Shown piece after piece: positions 1 through 13,271 of a DNA stretch of 41,072 nucleotides. Within the stretch, counting starts at the first letter, position 1, and each line of letters begins with the position of its first letter. Source of the DNA: an uncultured Fibrobacterales bacterium. Its GTDB lineage: Bacteria; Fibrobacterota; Fibrobacteria; Fibrobacterales; CAWVXU01. A program made the translations under genes and the position numbers. Under the pieces are notes generated by a model that saw nothing but the letters and a program-made list of their open reading frames with translations, was not told the origin of the DNA and ran no database searches. Where the stretch lies: the NCBI GenBank assembly GCA_963934255.1, contig CAWVXU010000015.1, positions 1 through 41,072 on the forward strand, read 5' to 3'.

Positions 1-2
1 AC

Positions 3-235
3 ACAAATATTGCGATATTACCTTTGGACGCCAAGGGTATTGATCAAAACCTGGTGAACAAGGCTTTCAGACGTCAGGCTCATGTGATACAGAAAATTGC
101 CAAGTTCAGATGGAAAAAATTTAAGGTATTGATGAAATGTTAACAGGTTCAATTGGTAAATTTGATTATTCTTGGGGGGATGGTAAAATGCAATCAACTA
201 GCGTTGGTTTTGAAGCCAGTATCACATTTGATTAA
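3..235 (+). pseudogene. Degraded CsgG/HfaB-like (TolB N-terminal-like) domain gene remnant, truncated by the window start
   Basis: Frame 3 reads TNIAILPLDAKGIDQ. Frame 2 from 56 reads EQGFQTSGSCDTENCQVQMEKI*GIDEMLTGSIGKFD...GFEASITFD*. Both pieces resemble the CsgG-like motif EQGFQxxGCxxxxCxxxxGKxLGxxxxxxGSIGK. There is a frameshift plus an in-frame TAA at 122-124. Confidence 0.6.
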
Positions 236-281
236 TTTTCATTCAATTGACGAAACCCCTCTGATTGATCATTCTGGCAAT

Positions 282-316
282 AAAAAAACACCACAATAGG
301 TAACTATTTGGGTGTT
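282..316 (-). terminator. Rho-independent terminator of the TonB-hemB-PMM operon
   Basis: The minus strand reads AACACC-CAAATAG-ttac-CTATTGT-GGTGTT followed by a T run, just after the PMM stop codon. Confidence 0.7.
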
Positions 317-322
317 CCGTAT

Positions 323-3872
<3,550 letters not shown>

Positions 3873-3885
3873 TTTATTAACTAAG

Positions 3886-4536
3886 CTAGTAATCAAAGAC
3901 AAACTCCTTGATCCGTTTTTGGGAAACTGGAACCCCATCCTTTTTAGCTGGACTAAATTTTGTTTTCTTTATCGCTTCCATAGCAGCCTTCTCGAAGCCA
4001 AATCCGGCCGGACTCGCTGATTGAACTTTTACTTGAATCACACGACCACGATGATTAATTTTGAGTAATAAACTGACCTTACCAGCCACACCTTCGCGCT
4101 CAGCTCTAAGTGGATACCTCGGCTGAACTTCATTGAGAGCAGTAGCTTCTTCATCAACATCACTGGCTTCAAAATAGATTCCAGTCAAACCAGCTGGCCC
4201 ACCACCGATCGCTACACCACTTTTACTTGAGCTTGCTCCACTCGCAAGATTTAAACTCATACTAAATGTTGAGTTACGATTTGGTCTTGCTGAGTTTTTC
4301 ACCTCAGATGTTGTAATCTTTTTGATTTCCTGTTGGACCTCTTGTGGCTTAACGGGTTGAACTTGGTAACTCACAACTAAAGGTGCACTCTCTAATTTTT
4401 GTTGAATCTTAAGTTCAGGAAAAAACAAAATTGAGAACACAGGAACCACTATAAATAAAACGGATTGTATACCAATTGCAATAAGCGCTAGGATCCATTT
4501 TTTTGTAATTAAAGTGATAAGTGACTGTTTCTTCAT
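3886..4536 (-). CDS. tonB: Energy transducer TonB (short, without Pro-rich linker)
   Basis: N-terminal TM helix and C-terminal TonB domain PRYPLRAEREGVAGKV...GFGFEKAAMEAIKKTKFSPAKKDG. Confidence 0.9.
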   Translation of the reverse strand: MKKQSLITLITKKWILALIAIGIQSVLFIVVPVFSILFFPELKIQQKLESAPLVVSYQVQPVKPQEVQQEIKKITTSEVKNSARPNRNSTFSMSLNLASGASSSKSGVAIGGGPAGLTGIYFEASDVDEEATALNEVQPRYPLRAEREGVAGKVSLLLKINHRGRVIQVKVQSASPAGFGFEKAAMEAIKKTKFSPAKKDGVPVSQKRIKEFVFDY

Positions 4537-4565
4537 TGGATTGGTTTTACTCTTTTAATATGGCT

Positions 4566-4973
4566 CTAATTTTGTGTTGCGGATATAGAAACTTTGACAA
4601 TTTTGGCTAAATTACATTCGTCTAAAATATCCACAATCATGCCACCAGGAGCGTCTCTGTCGGCGACAATAATTACAGGACGCTCAGGTGTGTCTTTGAC
4701 TGTATTGATTAAAATACGACCAAGCCCATCTAGACTGACTTGAGTTTCATGAATATGGATTGTCCCCTCACGACTCAAACCTACCATGATTGCTTCACGC
4801 TCCAAAATACTGGCAGTAGTAGCATCAGGCTTATTCACATCTACGCCTGTTTCACGAGTAAAGGTCGAGGTGACAATAAAAAATATAAGAAGAATAAAAA
4901 CCATATCCATCATAGGTGCAACATCAATCTCAGAAGCCGCTTTTTGTTTTGATCTAGAATGGAAACGACTCAT
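4566..4973 (-). CDS. exbD: Biopolymer transporter ExbD
   Basis: [23 protein letters not shown] and IVADRDA motifs. Confidence 0.93.
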   Translation of the reverse strand: MSRFHSRSKQKAASEIDVAPMMDMVFILLIFFIVTSTFTRETGVDVNKPDATTASILEREAIMVGLSREGTIHIHETQVSLDGLGRILINTVKDTPERPVIIVADRDAPGGMIVDILDECNLAKIVKVSISATQN

Positions 4974-5512
4974 GTATCAATTCCTATTAATTTGTTTTTT
5001 TCACTCACAAGAAAACTCAATATACTGTGTTGTTTCTTATCACTTAAGTTTCGTAAGAAATTATGAGCAAGTACTATCGGAAACGCAACAATCAAACCTG
5101 CTTGAGTCGTAAGAAGTGATTCACTAATTCCATCAGCTAACATAGCAGGATTACCAAACCCATGTAAAGTAATGGTTTGAAATGTTGTCGTCATTCCACT
5201 GACGGTTCCTAATAGCCCAAGTAAAGGTGCAACACCTGCACATCGAGAAATTGTTTTCAAATATTTCTGAAAAGCCAAAAAAACTTCCATTTCTTTTTCA
5301 TAAAAAAATGAATCAAAATTTCCACCACGATTTAAATACAATTTCATTTGATCTAAATATCCCGATTTAAGTTCTTTGACTTTAGGGTCTAGTTGCCATT
5401 TCCACAGAATTAAAATCCAAGTAAAACACCCGACGAGAAAAAGTGGAATCAATACATAACCACCACGAATAAGGGTAGCGTAAACTCCTTCAATTAAAAA
5501 TTCTAAACTCAT
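4970..5512 (-). CDS. exbB: MotA/TolQ/ExbB proton channel protein
   Basis: [17 protein letters not shown]...[21 protein letters not shown]. Confidence 0.9.
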   Translation of the reverse strand: MSLEFLIEGVYATLIRGGYVLIPLFLVGCFTWILILWKWQLDPKVKELKSGYLDQMKLYLNRGGNFDSFFYEKEMEVFLAFQKYLKTISRCAGVAPLLGLLGTVSGMTTTFQTITLHGFGNPAMLADGISESLLTTQAGLIVAFPIVLAHNFLRNLSDKKQHSILSFLVSEKNKLIGIDT

Positions 5513-7032
5513 TTTTTAAACCAAAGATGATTTAACATACGAACTGAATTTTTTTCAATTTCAACAATTAACTGATCCATTCGATTTGAAATAAAATTTT
5601 GAATCAACTGAATGGGTATAGCCACAGCCAAGCCCATTTGAGTAGTCACTAAGGCAATAGAAATACCGCCAGCTAAAAGTTTAGGATCTGAGGTACCATG
5701 TAAAGTTATCTGGTCAAACAATGCAATCATTCCATAAACTGTGCCCAAAAGGCCTAGCAGAGGTGCTGCACCACCGAGCACAGATATTGTATGGAGACGT
5801 TTTTCTAGATGAGGAATTTCATGAAGAAGCGCTTCTTCAACTAAAGTTTCAACATGATCACGCGGCAAATGTCTTTTAGAAAAAATTTCATATAATACTC
5901 GGTAAAGAGCGCCACTAAAGTTTTGTTTTAAATAAGCTTGAACCTTTTCAGGTGATTCCTTTTCAACAAGTTCAAATAAATTTTCAATTGATTTATTTTT
6001 GAAACGCGAATTTTTAAACCACACAAAAGAACGCTCAAGGCTAATCAAGATTGCCAAAACAAATAATCCCGCAATCGGCCAAGCAATCGGTCCGCCATCT
6101 CTAAACAAACCCTGCACCCATGAGCTAAAACCAACATCCCCAGAAGACTTTGATTTCTTAATCGTATTTGCAGACTGTAAAACATCAATAGGAGCCCAAT
6201 AGAGGCCCGACTCAGATTTGCTGAGAGACTTTACAAAATTTGATCCGATGACTTGATCTGAAGGAGACAAATCCTGTCTCCATTTTAATCCCATTTGATC
6301 TTTTTGTTGAGTTAACAGTTGAGACTTGATTTGGGTAAAGGAGGCATCTGTAGAAAAGGCACTCACGCCACCGAGTCTAACAACTACACCTAGTTGGGAC
6401 TTAGCATTGCGAATAACTTCTCGGTTTTGAACTGTAATTTCAGAAAGCTCACGAAGTTCAACGAGTGCTTGATTCTTCAATTTAGTCCAAATTGCCTCTG
6501 GTTGATCCTTTTCAATTTCAAGAGCTTGGCGAAGTTGGTTCATTTGTTGCGTCTTGACACTCTCATCAATTCTGACTCCTTGTTTGCGCATTTCTTTAAG
6601 GCTTTCAAACTTTCCAAATTGATCAGACAAACGCAAATACTTCGCACGATGACTCTCACGCTTTTGTTTTAAAGATTCCATTTCCGCTTGTAAACCACGA
6701 AATTCGTCTAAGATTCTTGATTTCTCATTTGCAACAAGATCTAATTTCTCTTTTTGAGATTCAATTTTATCTTCAAATTGAGTTCGATATTGAGAAGCCT
6801 TTTCTCGAAGTGTCCAGCGCTTGGCTACAACTTGGTCACGCTGTTTACGTAAATCTTCTAACTCAAATTTAAGAGACTTAATTTCCATGCTACTAGCATT
6901 ATTTGCAGAGTTTGCTGGTGTACTTTGAGCAAAACTCATTTGCGAAAGAATTAAGACAAGAAGTGTTCCGATTAAATTTATTTTTGACGAAACAGTAGAA
7001 ATGATGCCTAGAGTTTGATTAGGTGTATTCAT
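5509..7032 (-). CDS. Long ExbB-family protein with periplasmic coiled coil (TtpC-like)
   Basis: Signal peptide, long coiled coil, VVRLG motif and C-terminal ExbB domain [17 protein letters not shown]...[15 protein letters not shown]. Confidence 0.88.
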   Translation of the reverse strand: MNTPNQTLGIISTVSSKINLIGTLLVLILSQMSFAQSTPANSANNASSMEIKSLKFELEDLRKQRDQVVAKRWTLREKASQYRTQFEDKIESQKEKLDLVANEKSRILDEFRGLQAEMESLKQKRESHRAKYLRLSDQFGKFESLKEMRKQGVRIDESVKTQQMNQLRQALEIEKDQPEAIWTKLKNQALVELRELSEITVQNREVIRNAKSQLGVVVRLGGVSAFSTDASFTQIKSQLLTQQKDQMGLKWRQDLSPSDQVIGSNFVKSLSKSESGLYWAPIDVLQSANTIKKSKSSGDVGFSSWVQGLFRDGGPIAWPIAGLFVLAILISLERSFVWFKNSRFKNKSIENLFELVEKESPEKVQAYLKQNFSGALYRVLYEIFSKRHLPRDHVETLVEEALLHEIPHLEKRLHTISVLGGAAPLLGLLGTVYGMIALFDQITLHGTSDPKLLAGGISIALVTTQMGLAVAIPIQLIQNFISNRMDQLIVEIEKNSVRMLNHLWFKK

Positions 7033-7841
7033 GGTGCCCCCCCCGTTTTTATTTGATACGGGATTGGAATTTGAACAAGCTGAGGGGCTGACTTTCCTGT
7101 TTTGACCTTGAGCGCATTTCTAATTTTGGTGCGTTCACCCAAATTAAACTCGTGTACACTCCATGTCCACTTCGGATTATTTTTATCACCTTGAGGAGAC
7201 ATAAGATAAATCACCTCTGATTGATCAGCCACAAAAATTTGGAACACACGCCCTACTCTTAAAAATTCCCCAGGAATGTCCCCCGCAATTTGAGTCAAAC
7301 TACCTTTCCAAGATTCTATAGTGTATCCGCTTTTCATACTTTCAAGAATAATACTCCAAATACGATCCTGAGCCTCTTCTGGTTGCATATTATCTGATCT
7401 TAAGCGCGAAGAGATATCCTTTAAGGCCTGGACTTTTTTATCTAGACCAACTGGAAAGTCTTTAGAAATATAATCTGCAAGACTATCAGCCTCTCGGGCT
7501 AAAAAAGTAGCGTAATCTTGTCGTTTTTTTTGAAACCAGAAAGCACCACCTCGAAGTTTACGCCCTGACTTTTTGAGCCTTAATAATTCCTTGGCTAAAG
7601 AGTCTTTTTGAGACCCTACTTTTTGAATCTGAGTTTGGATCCGACTGTAACGAGTTGATGTGGTGTTTTTATACTCCGCATCTCGTGTCTTTTCCTTCGA
7701 AATTTTTTTTGTTTCTTGATCTATTTCTCTTTTAACGCTTGAAATAGCTCTTTTAAGCTCAGAAACTGTTTCTTGAGCAACAATTGACCCTGGAATTAAT
7801 ATTCCAAGAAGTAGCGAGATTTGAATAAATGATTTGAACAT
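7029..7841 (-). CDS. DUF3450-like periplasmic coiled-coil protein (TtpB-like)
   Basis: Signal peptide, coiled coil, DFP, EFLRVGRV and PQLVQIP motifs. It is the first gene of the TonB2-type operon. Confidence 0.75.
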   Translation of the reverse strand: MFKSFIQISLLLGILIPGSIVAQETVSELKRAISSVKREIDQETKKISKEKTRDAEYKNTTSTRYSRIQTQIQKVGSQKDSLAKELLRLKKSGRKLRGGAFWFQKKRQDYATFLAREADSLADYISKDFPVGLDKKVQALKDISSRLRSDNMQPEEAQDRIWSIILESMKSGYTIESWKGSLTQIAGDIPGEFLRVGRVFQIFVADQSEVIYLMSPQGDKNNPKWTWSVHEFNLGERTKIRNALKVKTGKSAPQLVQIPIPYQIKTGGAP

Positions 7842-7934
7842 AGCTCTATATTTTGATAGTATTTGTGATTATAAATAAAATTACAAAATCTCAGCCAAAG
7901 AAAAGCCTTTGGTGAACAAATAACGGAGAAGTCT

Positions 7935-8690
7935 ATGATTAAAAATTTATCACTTTTGTTCTTTCTAGCTGCCGCTAGCTCTTATGCAATGAGTTATGAA
8001 CAAAGCAGCGTTCAAGAAGTAGAAGAACGACCAAGCCTTGGCTTTTATTTAGAGTATGGTACACCTGATAGTTACGAAATCACATACATTGAACAAAACA
8101 ATAATGGTCTCGACCAATCTGGCGGTGAAAGCAATGGAGTCATCTACGAGAACAAAACTCTAGACCTCACACCTACCATTGGTTTTGCTGGTCACATTCC
8201 GTTTATCTGGGATAAATACCTTGACGCAACTGCAACTGTGGGTGGTAGTCAAACCAAAATCACAGCCAAAACAACGAAAACTCTAGATCCTGACTCAAAT
8301 GAGATTAAACTTGCGCGTCGTACACGAGTTCATGAAACTTTTAATATTGTTATTGAAGGTGGACCCGAGCTTGGATACCCTGTGTATCTTGATTATAAGT
8401 CACAACAAATTATTAAGCCATTTGTGCAGGTTCGCGGCATATTTATCAAAACATTTAACACATCCCCTAACTCAAATTGGAAAAATGACCAAGCCTTTGG
8501 CTGGAGTTATGTTGGTGGCGTTCGCTGGTCTATAAATCAGATTTCTTTTGGAGCAGGTATTCGTTCAGAATACGTCTTCTGGGAACCAGGCTATGACCCA
8601 GTGGCTGGTAATGTGAAGAAAAACACTCTTAAAGTTGAGTATGTCAAAGAATACAAGCCTTGGGTGACTGTTGAGTGGGGCTTCTATTAA
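7935..8690 (+). CDS. Putative outer-membrane beta-barrel protein
   Basis: Signal peptide (AAASSYA), amphipathic beta-strands, C-terminal aromatic strand VTVEWGFY and a GGAG RBS. Confidence 0.7.
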   Translation: MIKNLSLLFFLAAASSYAMSYEQSSVQEVEERPSLGFYLEYGTPDSYEITYIEQNNNGLDQSGGESNGVIYENKTLDLTPTIGFAGHIPFIWDKYLDATATVGGSQTKITAKTTKTLDPDSNEIKLARRTRVHETFNIVIEGGPELGYPVYLDYKSQQIIKPFVQVRGIFIKTFNTSPNSNWKNDQAFGWSYVGGVRWSINQISFGAGIRSEYVFWEPGYDPVAGNVKKNTLKVEYVKEYKPWVTVEWGFY

Positions 8691-9397
8691 TGGAGCATCT
8701 TTACTTTAGACAACTCCTTTCTGGAGTTGACTTTGGTACTCAAAACCCTAATGCCGAGTCCATGGCCAACTTTGTTTACGCCATTGGAAATAAAAACACC
8801 AAAGAATGCTTTATTGTTGACCCAGCATGGGATATTCAAGGAATACTTGACACCATTCACAAAGATGGGATGAAGCTCAAGGGCGTTTTATTGACACATT
8901 ATCACGCAGACCATTGTGGTGGCTGCGTTTTTCATTTGGAAATCGAAGGCATCGTTGAGTTACTCAATTTACAAGATGTCCCTGTTTATGTTCAAAAAGA
9001 AGAAACTGAATGGGTATTAAAAAGTACCAAAGTAGCACCATCAGCCTTAGTCACGGTCAGTCCAGGGCAGATTCTCACTCTTGATGATATTGAAATTCAG
9101 TGCATTCATACACCAGGACATACACCAGGGAGCCAATGTTTCAAAATAAATGATTCATTACTCGCAGGCGATACACTCTTCCTTGAAGGTTGTGGACGTA
9201 CAGATTTACCAGGTGGTAACGCTGAGGACCTCTACTACTCAATGAAAAATACACTATCTAAGATGCCAAATCACACCATTTTATATCCTGGACACAATTA
9301 TTCTAATGCTAAGTCAGCACCATTTTCTAAGGTCCATCGAAACAACAAAGTCCTTAATATGGGATCACTTAATCAATTTTTAGGACTATTTAGGTAG
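8690..9397 (+). CDS. MBL-fold metallo-hydrolase (glyoxalase II-like)
   Basis: THYHADH, HTPGHTPGS, GDTLF..GCGRTD and YPGHNY. The ATG at 8690 overlaps the upstream stop (TAATG). Confidence 0.9.
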   Translation: MEHLYFRQLLSGVDFGTQNPNAESMANFVYAIGNKNTKECFIVDPAWDIQGILDTIHKDGMKLKGVLLTHYHADHCGGCVFHLEIEGIVELLNLQDVPVYVQKEETEWVLKSTKVAPSALVTVSPGQILTLDDIEIQCIHTPGHTPGSQCFKINDSLLAGDTLFLEGCGRTDLPGGNAEDLYYSMKNTLSKMPNHTILYPGHNYSNAKSAPFSKVHRNNKVLNMGSLNQFLGLFR

Positions 9398-9422
9398 TCC
9401 TAAAAATTGATTAAGTGATCCC
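9361..9422. repeat. Perfect 28-bp inverted repeat with a 6-nt loop
   Basis: GGGATCACTTAATCAATTTTTAGGACTA (9361-9388), TTTAGG, then TAGTCCTAAAAATTGATTAAGTGATCCC (9395-9422). Confidence 0.97.
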
Positions 9423-9880
9423 GCGATTATATTCATAATAAATAGATGGTTTCTCTTCAGTTTCTATCAAACACATGAACCGATGCTAGGATAAAGACAG
9501 AGCATGGCTTAGACAGATTTTATCGCATGGCTAGGGAGTTACATAACTGGATTCACTGAAGAAGAAACAGGAATAAATGGATTTTTCAGTTTTTGATTTA
9601 GAAATAAAACAGAAACTCATTTGACAATAATCCAGCTCAGCCTTGGAAACAAAACTATAAAGAGACTCAAACCACTATGAAAGGTCCCCGTTTGATCACC
9701 CTTCAAGCTTTAAAAATTGCATCCAAAACAAATTTTATGCTTAAAAACTCCGAATGATTGATCTAATAGATATCAGATGGGTAATATTCTTTGTATCATC
9801 CCTAAGGTAAAAGAAAAAATTCAAAAGGCTTTACTAAATACTCCTGCTGATATTCAAAAAGCTTGGTTAAGTTAAGCAAG

Positions 9881-11089
9881 TTAAGCGACAAAAAGCTCAA
9901 TAGCAATTTCATCCATCATCAGCCAACCCCGGCCAGTTAACTTCAAATGATTGTTTTCAACTTTAAGCATCTGCTGATCTTTAAATTTATCCACTGATTC
10001 TTGCTTTGAATCTAAGTAATTCTTCATTATTTTAATCTTAGGGAAATCATCGGATTTCACATCACCTCCAAATTCAAAATTAATTTCAAGACCCAAATTT
10101 AATCCCTTAACTTGTCGAAGACTCAACCAAATTAATTCATTCAATTGATCTTTTGGACTGAGGGTTTCTTGACTCTTCAAGTCAGTACTTAGAGTTGAAA
10201 CTTCACGCATCCATTCCATTAATTTTTTAGGATTCCATGTTCTCACATTTCCATCATAGGAGTGTGCTCCAGGACCTAAACCAACATAGGCTTCTTGATT
10301 CCAATACTTCGTATTATGAATCGCTTCAGATCCAGGTTGAGAAAAATTAGATAATTCATATCGATTGATATTATTTTCAAGCAGTAACTGAACACCCTGC
10401 TCATACATCAAATCTTCATCATCAAGAGGCTCAGCAAGCTTTCCTTTTTGACGCCATTGATCAAACAAAGTGTTCTCTTCAATTGTCAAACCATAAAAAC
10501 TCACATGGTCCGGCTGAACATCAACAATCCTTTGAAGGTCACTTAAAAAACCTTTTAAGCTCTGCCCAGGTAAACCAAACATCAAGTCAAGCGAAAATTG
10601 TAATCCTGAATTTTGAAGTAAAGTTAAACTTTGTTCCAAGATTGTAACTTGATAAGCGCGCCCCAAAAGTTCAAGCACCTCATTATCAAAGCTCTGAACT
10701 CCCATACTGATCCGAGTCACACCCTTGGCCCGCCAGAGTTCTATTTTATCCAAAGACAAAGATTCCGGGTTCACCTCAACTGTCATTTCACGCAGCTTTG
10801 AAAGGTCCCATATCTCACTGATAAATTCAAATAATCGAGTCCATAGGTCTATACTCAAAAGACTGGGGGTACCTCCACCGAAATAGAGTGTATCAAGTGA
10901 AGTCCCACGACGAGGAATCGCCGCAAAACCACCTTCTAATTTTGTTAAAACTTCCACCTGAAAAGCCTCAAACCACTGCTCATGAACTAGACTACTAGCT
11001 TTTAACACGGCAAAGTCACAGTAGTGACAAACCTTGGGGCAAAAAGGAATATGGATATAGACAGTTTTAGACAAGACTTTTCCTAGCAA
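9881..11089 (-). CDS. hemW: Radical SAM heme chaperone HemW (HemN-like)
   Basis: YIHIPFCPKVCHYCDF, YFGGGTPS, RISMGVQSF, YELSNF, HNTKYW and GLGPGAHS. Confidence 0.92.
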   Translation of the reverse strand: MLGKVLSKTVYIHIPFCPKVCHYCDFAVLKASSLVHEQWFEAFQVEVLTKLEGGFAAIPRRGTSLDTLYFGGGTPSLLSIDLWTRLFEFISEIWDLSKLREMTVEVNPESLSLDKIELWRAKGVTRISMGVQSFDNEVLELLGRAYQVTILEQSLTLLQNSGLQFSLDLMFGLPGQSLKGFLSDLQRIVDVQPDHVSFYGLTIEENTLFDQWRQKGKLAEPLDDEDLMYEQGVQLLLENNINRYELSNFSQPGSEAIHNTKYWNQEAYVGLGPGAHSYDGNVRTWNPKKLMEWMREVSTLSTDLKSQETLSPKDQLNELIWLSLRQVKGLNLGLEINFEFGGDVKSDDFPKIKIMKNYLDSKQESVDKFKDQQMLKVENNHLKLTGRGWLMMDEIAIELFVA

Positions 11090-11140
11090 AACATTTCTTT
11101 GACGCTCACAAAATACTATAATTGATTGTAAATTCCGACT

Positions 11141-12994
11141 ATGGAGACTAAGATGCCAGCATTTCGTTCTGATACAACTACAAAAGGTAAACGCATGGCG
11201 GGTGCTCGTGCACTATGGCGAGCTACAGGCGTTAAAGAAGAAGACTTCGGTAAGCCAATTATCGCAGTTGTAAACAGTTTTACTCAATTTGTACCAGGCC
11301 ATGTTCACCTAAAAGATATGGGTCAACTCGTTGCACGAGAAATTGAAGCTCACGGTGGAATAGCCAAAGAGATGAACACAATCGCCGTTGATGATGGTAT
11401 CGCCATGGGTCATGCTGGAATGCTATACTCCCTGCCATCTCGGGAGCTTATTGCAGATTCTGTAGAATACATGGTCAATGCTCACTGTGCAGATGCGATG
11501 GTTTGTATCTCTAATTGTGATAAAATCACCCCCGGGATGTTAATCGCTGCCATGCGCCTAAATATTCCAGTTATTTTCGTCTCAGGCGGACCGATGGAAG
11601 CTGGTAAGGCCGATATTAATGGTATAGAATACAGGCTTGATCTTGTGGATGCCATGGTTGCAGCTGTTGACCCAAACATGGATGATGAAACGGTAGCAGA
11701 ATTCGAACGTTCAGCCTGTCCTACTTGTGGATCTTGCTCAGGGATGTTTACTGCAAACTCAATGAATTGTCTTAATGAAGCTCTTGGCTTAGCTCTTCCA
11801 GGTAATGGTTCGATGCTTGCTACCCACTCTGACCGTAGAGAACTTTTTTTAGAAGCTTCTCGTCGTATTGTAGAGATTACCAATCAACATTATTTAGGAA
11901 ATGATTATTCGGTTCTTCCTCGTCAGATAGCTAACTTCAAAGCTTATGAAAATGCTATGCGACTTGACATTGCGATGGGTGGATCGACTAATACAATTTT
12001 ACACCTTTTGGCTATCGCTCGAGAAGCGGAGATTCCATTTACTCAAGAAGACATCAATCGCCTAAGTCTTGACACACCTCACTTATCAAAAGTAGCACCT
12101 GCAACTCCAGAGTATCACATGGAAGATGTTCACCGCGCTGGTGGAATTATGTCCCTACTCGGTGAATTAGATCGTGCAGGACTTCTACACACTGATTGTT
12201 CGACTGTACATGCTCCTACTTTAGGTGAAGCACTAGATATTTGGGATATCAAAAGAAACCCGAGTGAAGATGTCATTAAATTCTTTAAAGCAGCTCCTGC
12301 CAATATTCCTACGCAAACGGCATTTAGCCAAGATTGCCGTTGGAAAGAATTAGATGATGACCGCGCTGGTGGCTGTATTCGATCTGTTGAAAACTCTTAT
12401 TCTCAAGAAGGTGGTCTTGCTGTTCTTTATGGGAACTTAGCTCCTGATGGCTGTATCGTTAAAACAGCTGGTGTAGACGAGTCAATTTGGAAATTTAAAG
12501 GCCCCGCTGTGATATTTGAATCTCAAGATGAAGCCTGTGAAGGTATACTTGGTGGTGAAGTCAAAGCAGGCGATGTGGTTGTCATTCGTTATGAAGGACC
12601 CAAAGGCGGGCCGGGCATGCAAGAGATGCTCTACCCTACCTCGTATATTAAATCTAAAGGTCTAGGCAAAGAATGTGCTTTGATTACTGATGGACGCTTT
12701 AGCGGAGGAACTTCGGGCCTTTCTATTGGTCATGTCTCTCCAGAAGCGGCATCCGGCGGAAATATTGCCATTGTCGAAAATGGTGATATGATTGAGATTG
12801 ATATCCCTAGTCGTAAGATATCAATTATTCTTGACGAGTCTGTTATAGAGGCACGTAAAACCGAACTCGCCAAAACGGGGTTCAAACCCAAGTCTCGTGT
12901 AAGAGTCGTATCTGCAGCACTTCGAGCTTATGCTGCGATGGCCTTATCAGCTGACAAAGGGGCGGCTCGCGATGTATCACAGATTGAAAATTAA
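11141..12994 (+). CDS. ilvD: Dihydroxy-acid dehydratase
   Basis: [49 protein letters not shown] and TDGRFSGG. Confidence 0.98.
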   Translation: METKMPAFRSDTTTKGKRMAGARALWRATGVKEEDFGKPIIAVVNSFTQFVPGHVHLKDMGQLVAREIEAHGGIAKEMNTIAVDDGIAMGHAGMLYSLPSRELIADSVEYMVNAHCADAMVCISNCDKITPGMLIAAMRLNIPVIFVSGGPMEAGKADINGIEYRLDLVDAMVAAVDPNMDDETVAEFERSACPTCGSCSGMFTANSMNCLNEALGLALPGNGSMLATHSDRRELFLEASRRIVEITNQHYLGNDYSVLPRQIANFKAYENAMRLDIAMGGSTNTILHLLAIAREAEIPFTQEDINRLSLDTPHLSKVAPATPEYHMEDVHRAGGIMSLLGELDRAGLLHTDCSTVHAPTLGEALDIWDIKRNPSEDVIKFFKAAPANIPTQTAFSQDCRWKELDDDRAGGCIRSVENSYSQEGGLAVLYGNLAPDGCIVKTAGVDESIWKFKGPAVIFESQDEACEGILGGEVKAGDVVVIRYEGPKGGPGMQEMLYPTSYIKSKGLGKECALITDGRFSGGTSGLSIGHVSPEAASGGNIAIVENGDMIEIDIPSRKISIILDESVIEARKTELAKTGFKPKSRVRVVSAALRAYAAMALSADKGAARDVSQIEN

Positions 12995-13024
12995 ACTTTA
13001 ATCTCAATTTTAAATCCACTATTG

Positions 13025-13060
13025 AAGCTCTATCACAATAAAAGTGGTGCAGCTTTTTTT
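13025..13060 (+). terminator. Probable Rho-independent terminator after ilvD
   Basis: AAGCT-c-TATCAC-loop-GTGGTG-c-AGCTT followed by a T run. The stem contains G-U pairs. Confidence 0.55.
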
Positions 13061-13149
13061 ACATCAACCCAAAGAAGTAAGATGAGCGTTTATCCGAAAG
13101 TTTAAACTTATAACGAATACGACTTGAAATTTATGTTCTAAAGATGAAA

Positions 13150-13171
13150 CTTTTTCAATTCTTTTTCAATT
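13150..13171 (+). promoter_or_regulatory. 11-bp tandem direct repeat, candidate regulator binding site
   Basis: CTTTTTCAATT occurs twice in tandem, about 100 bp upstream of the TonB-dependent receptor start. Confidence 0.35.
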
Positions 13172-13271
13172 TAATTCAAATATCAGGTGAAGATAACTTG
13201 AATCCATCACTGCGAAATAACAATATATATTAACGAATACTTTCGTTTATCCATTTGATTAGGTGCATATT

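Noticed and set aside
9386..9436. 16-aa minus-strand ORF MNIIAGSLNQFLGLPK created by the inverted repeat
   Set aside because: It is a by-product of the inverted duplication and has no RBS.
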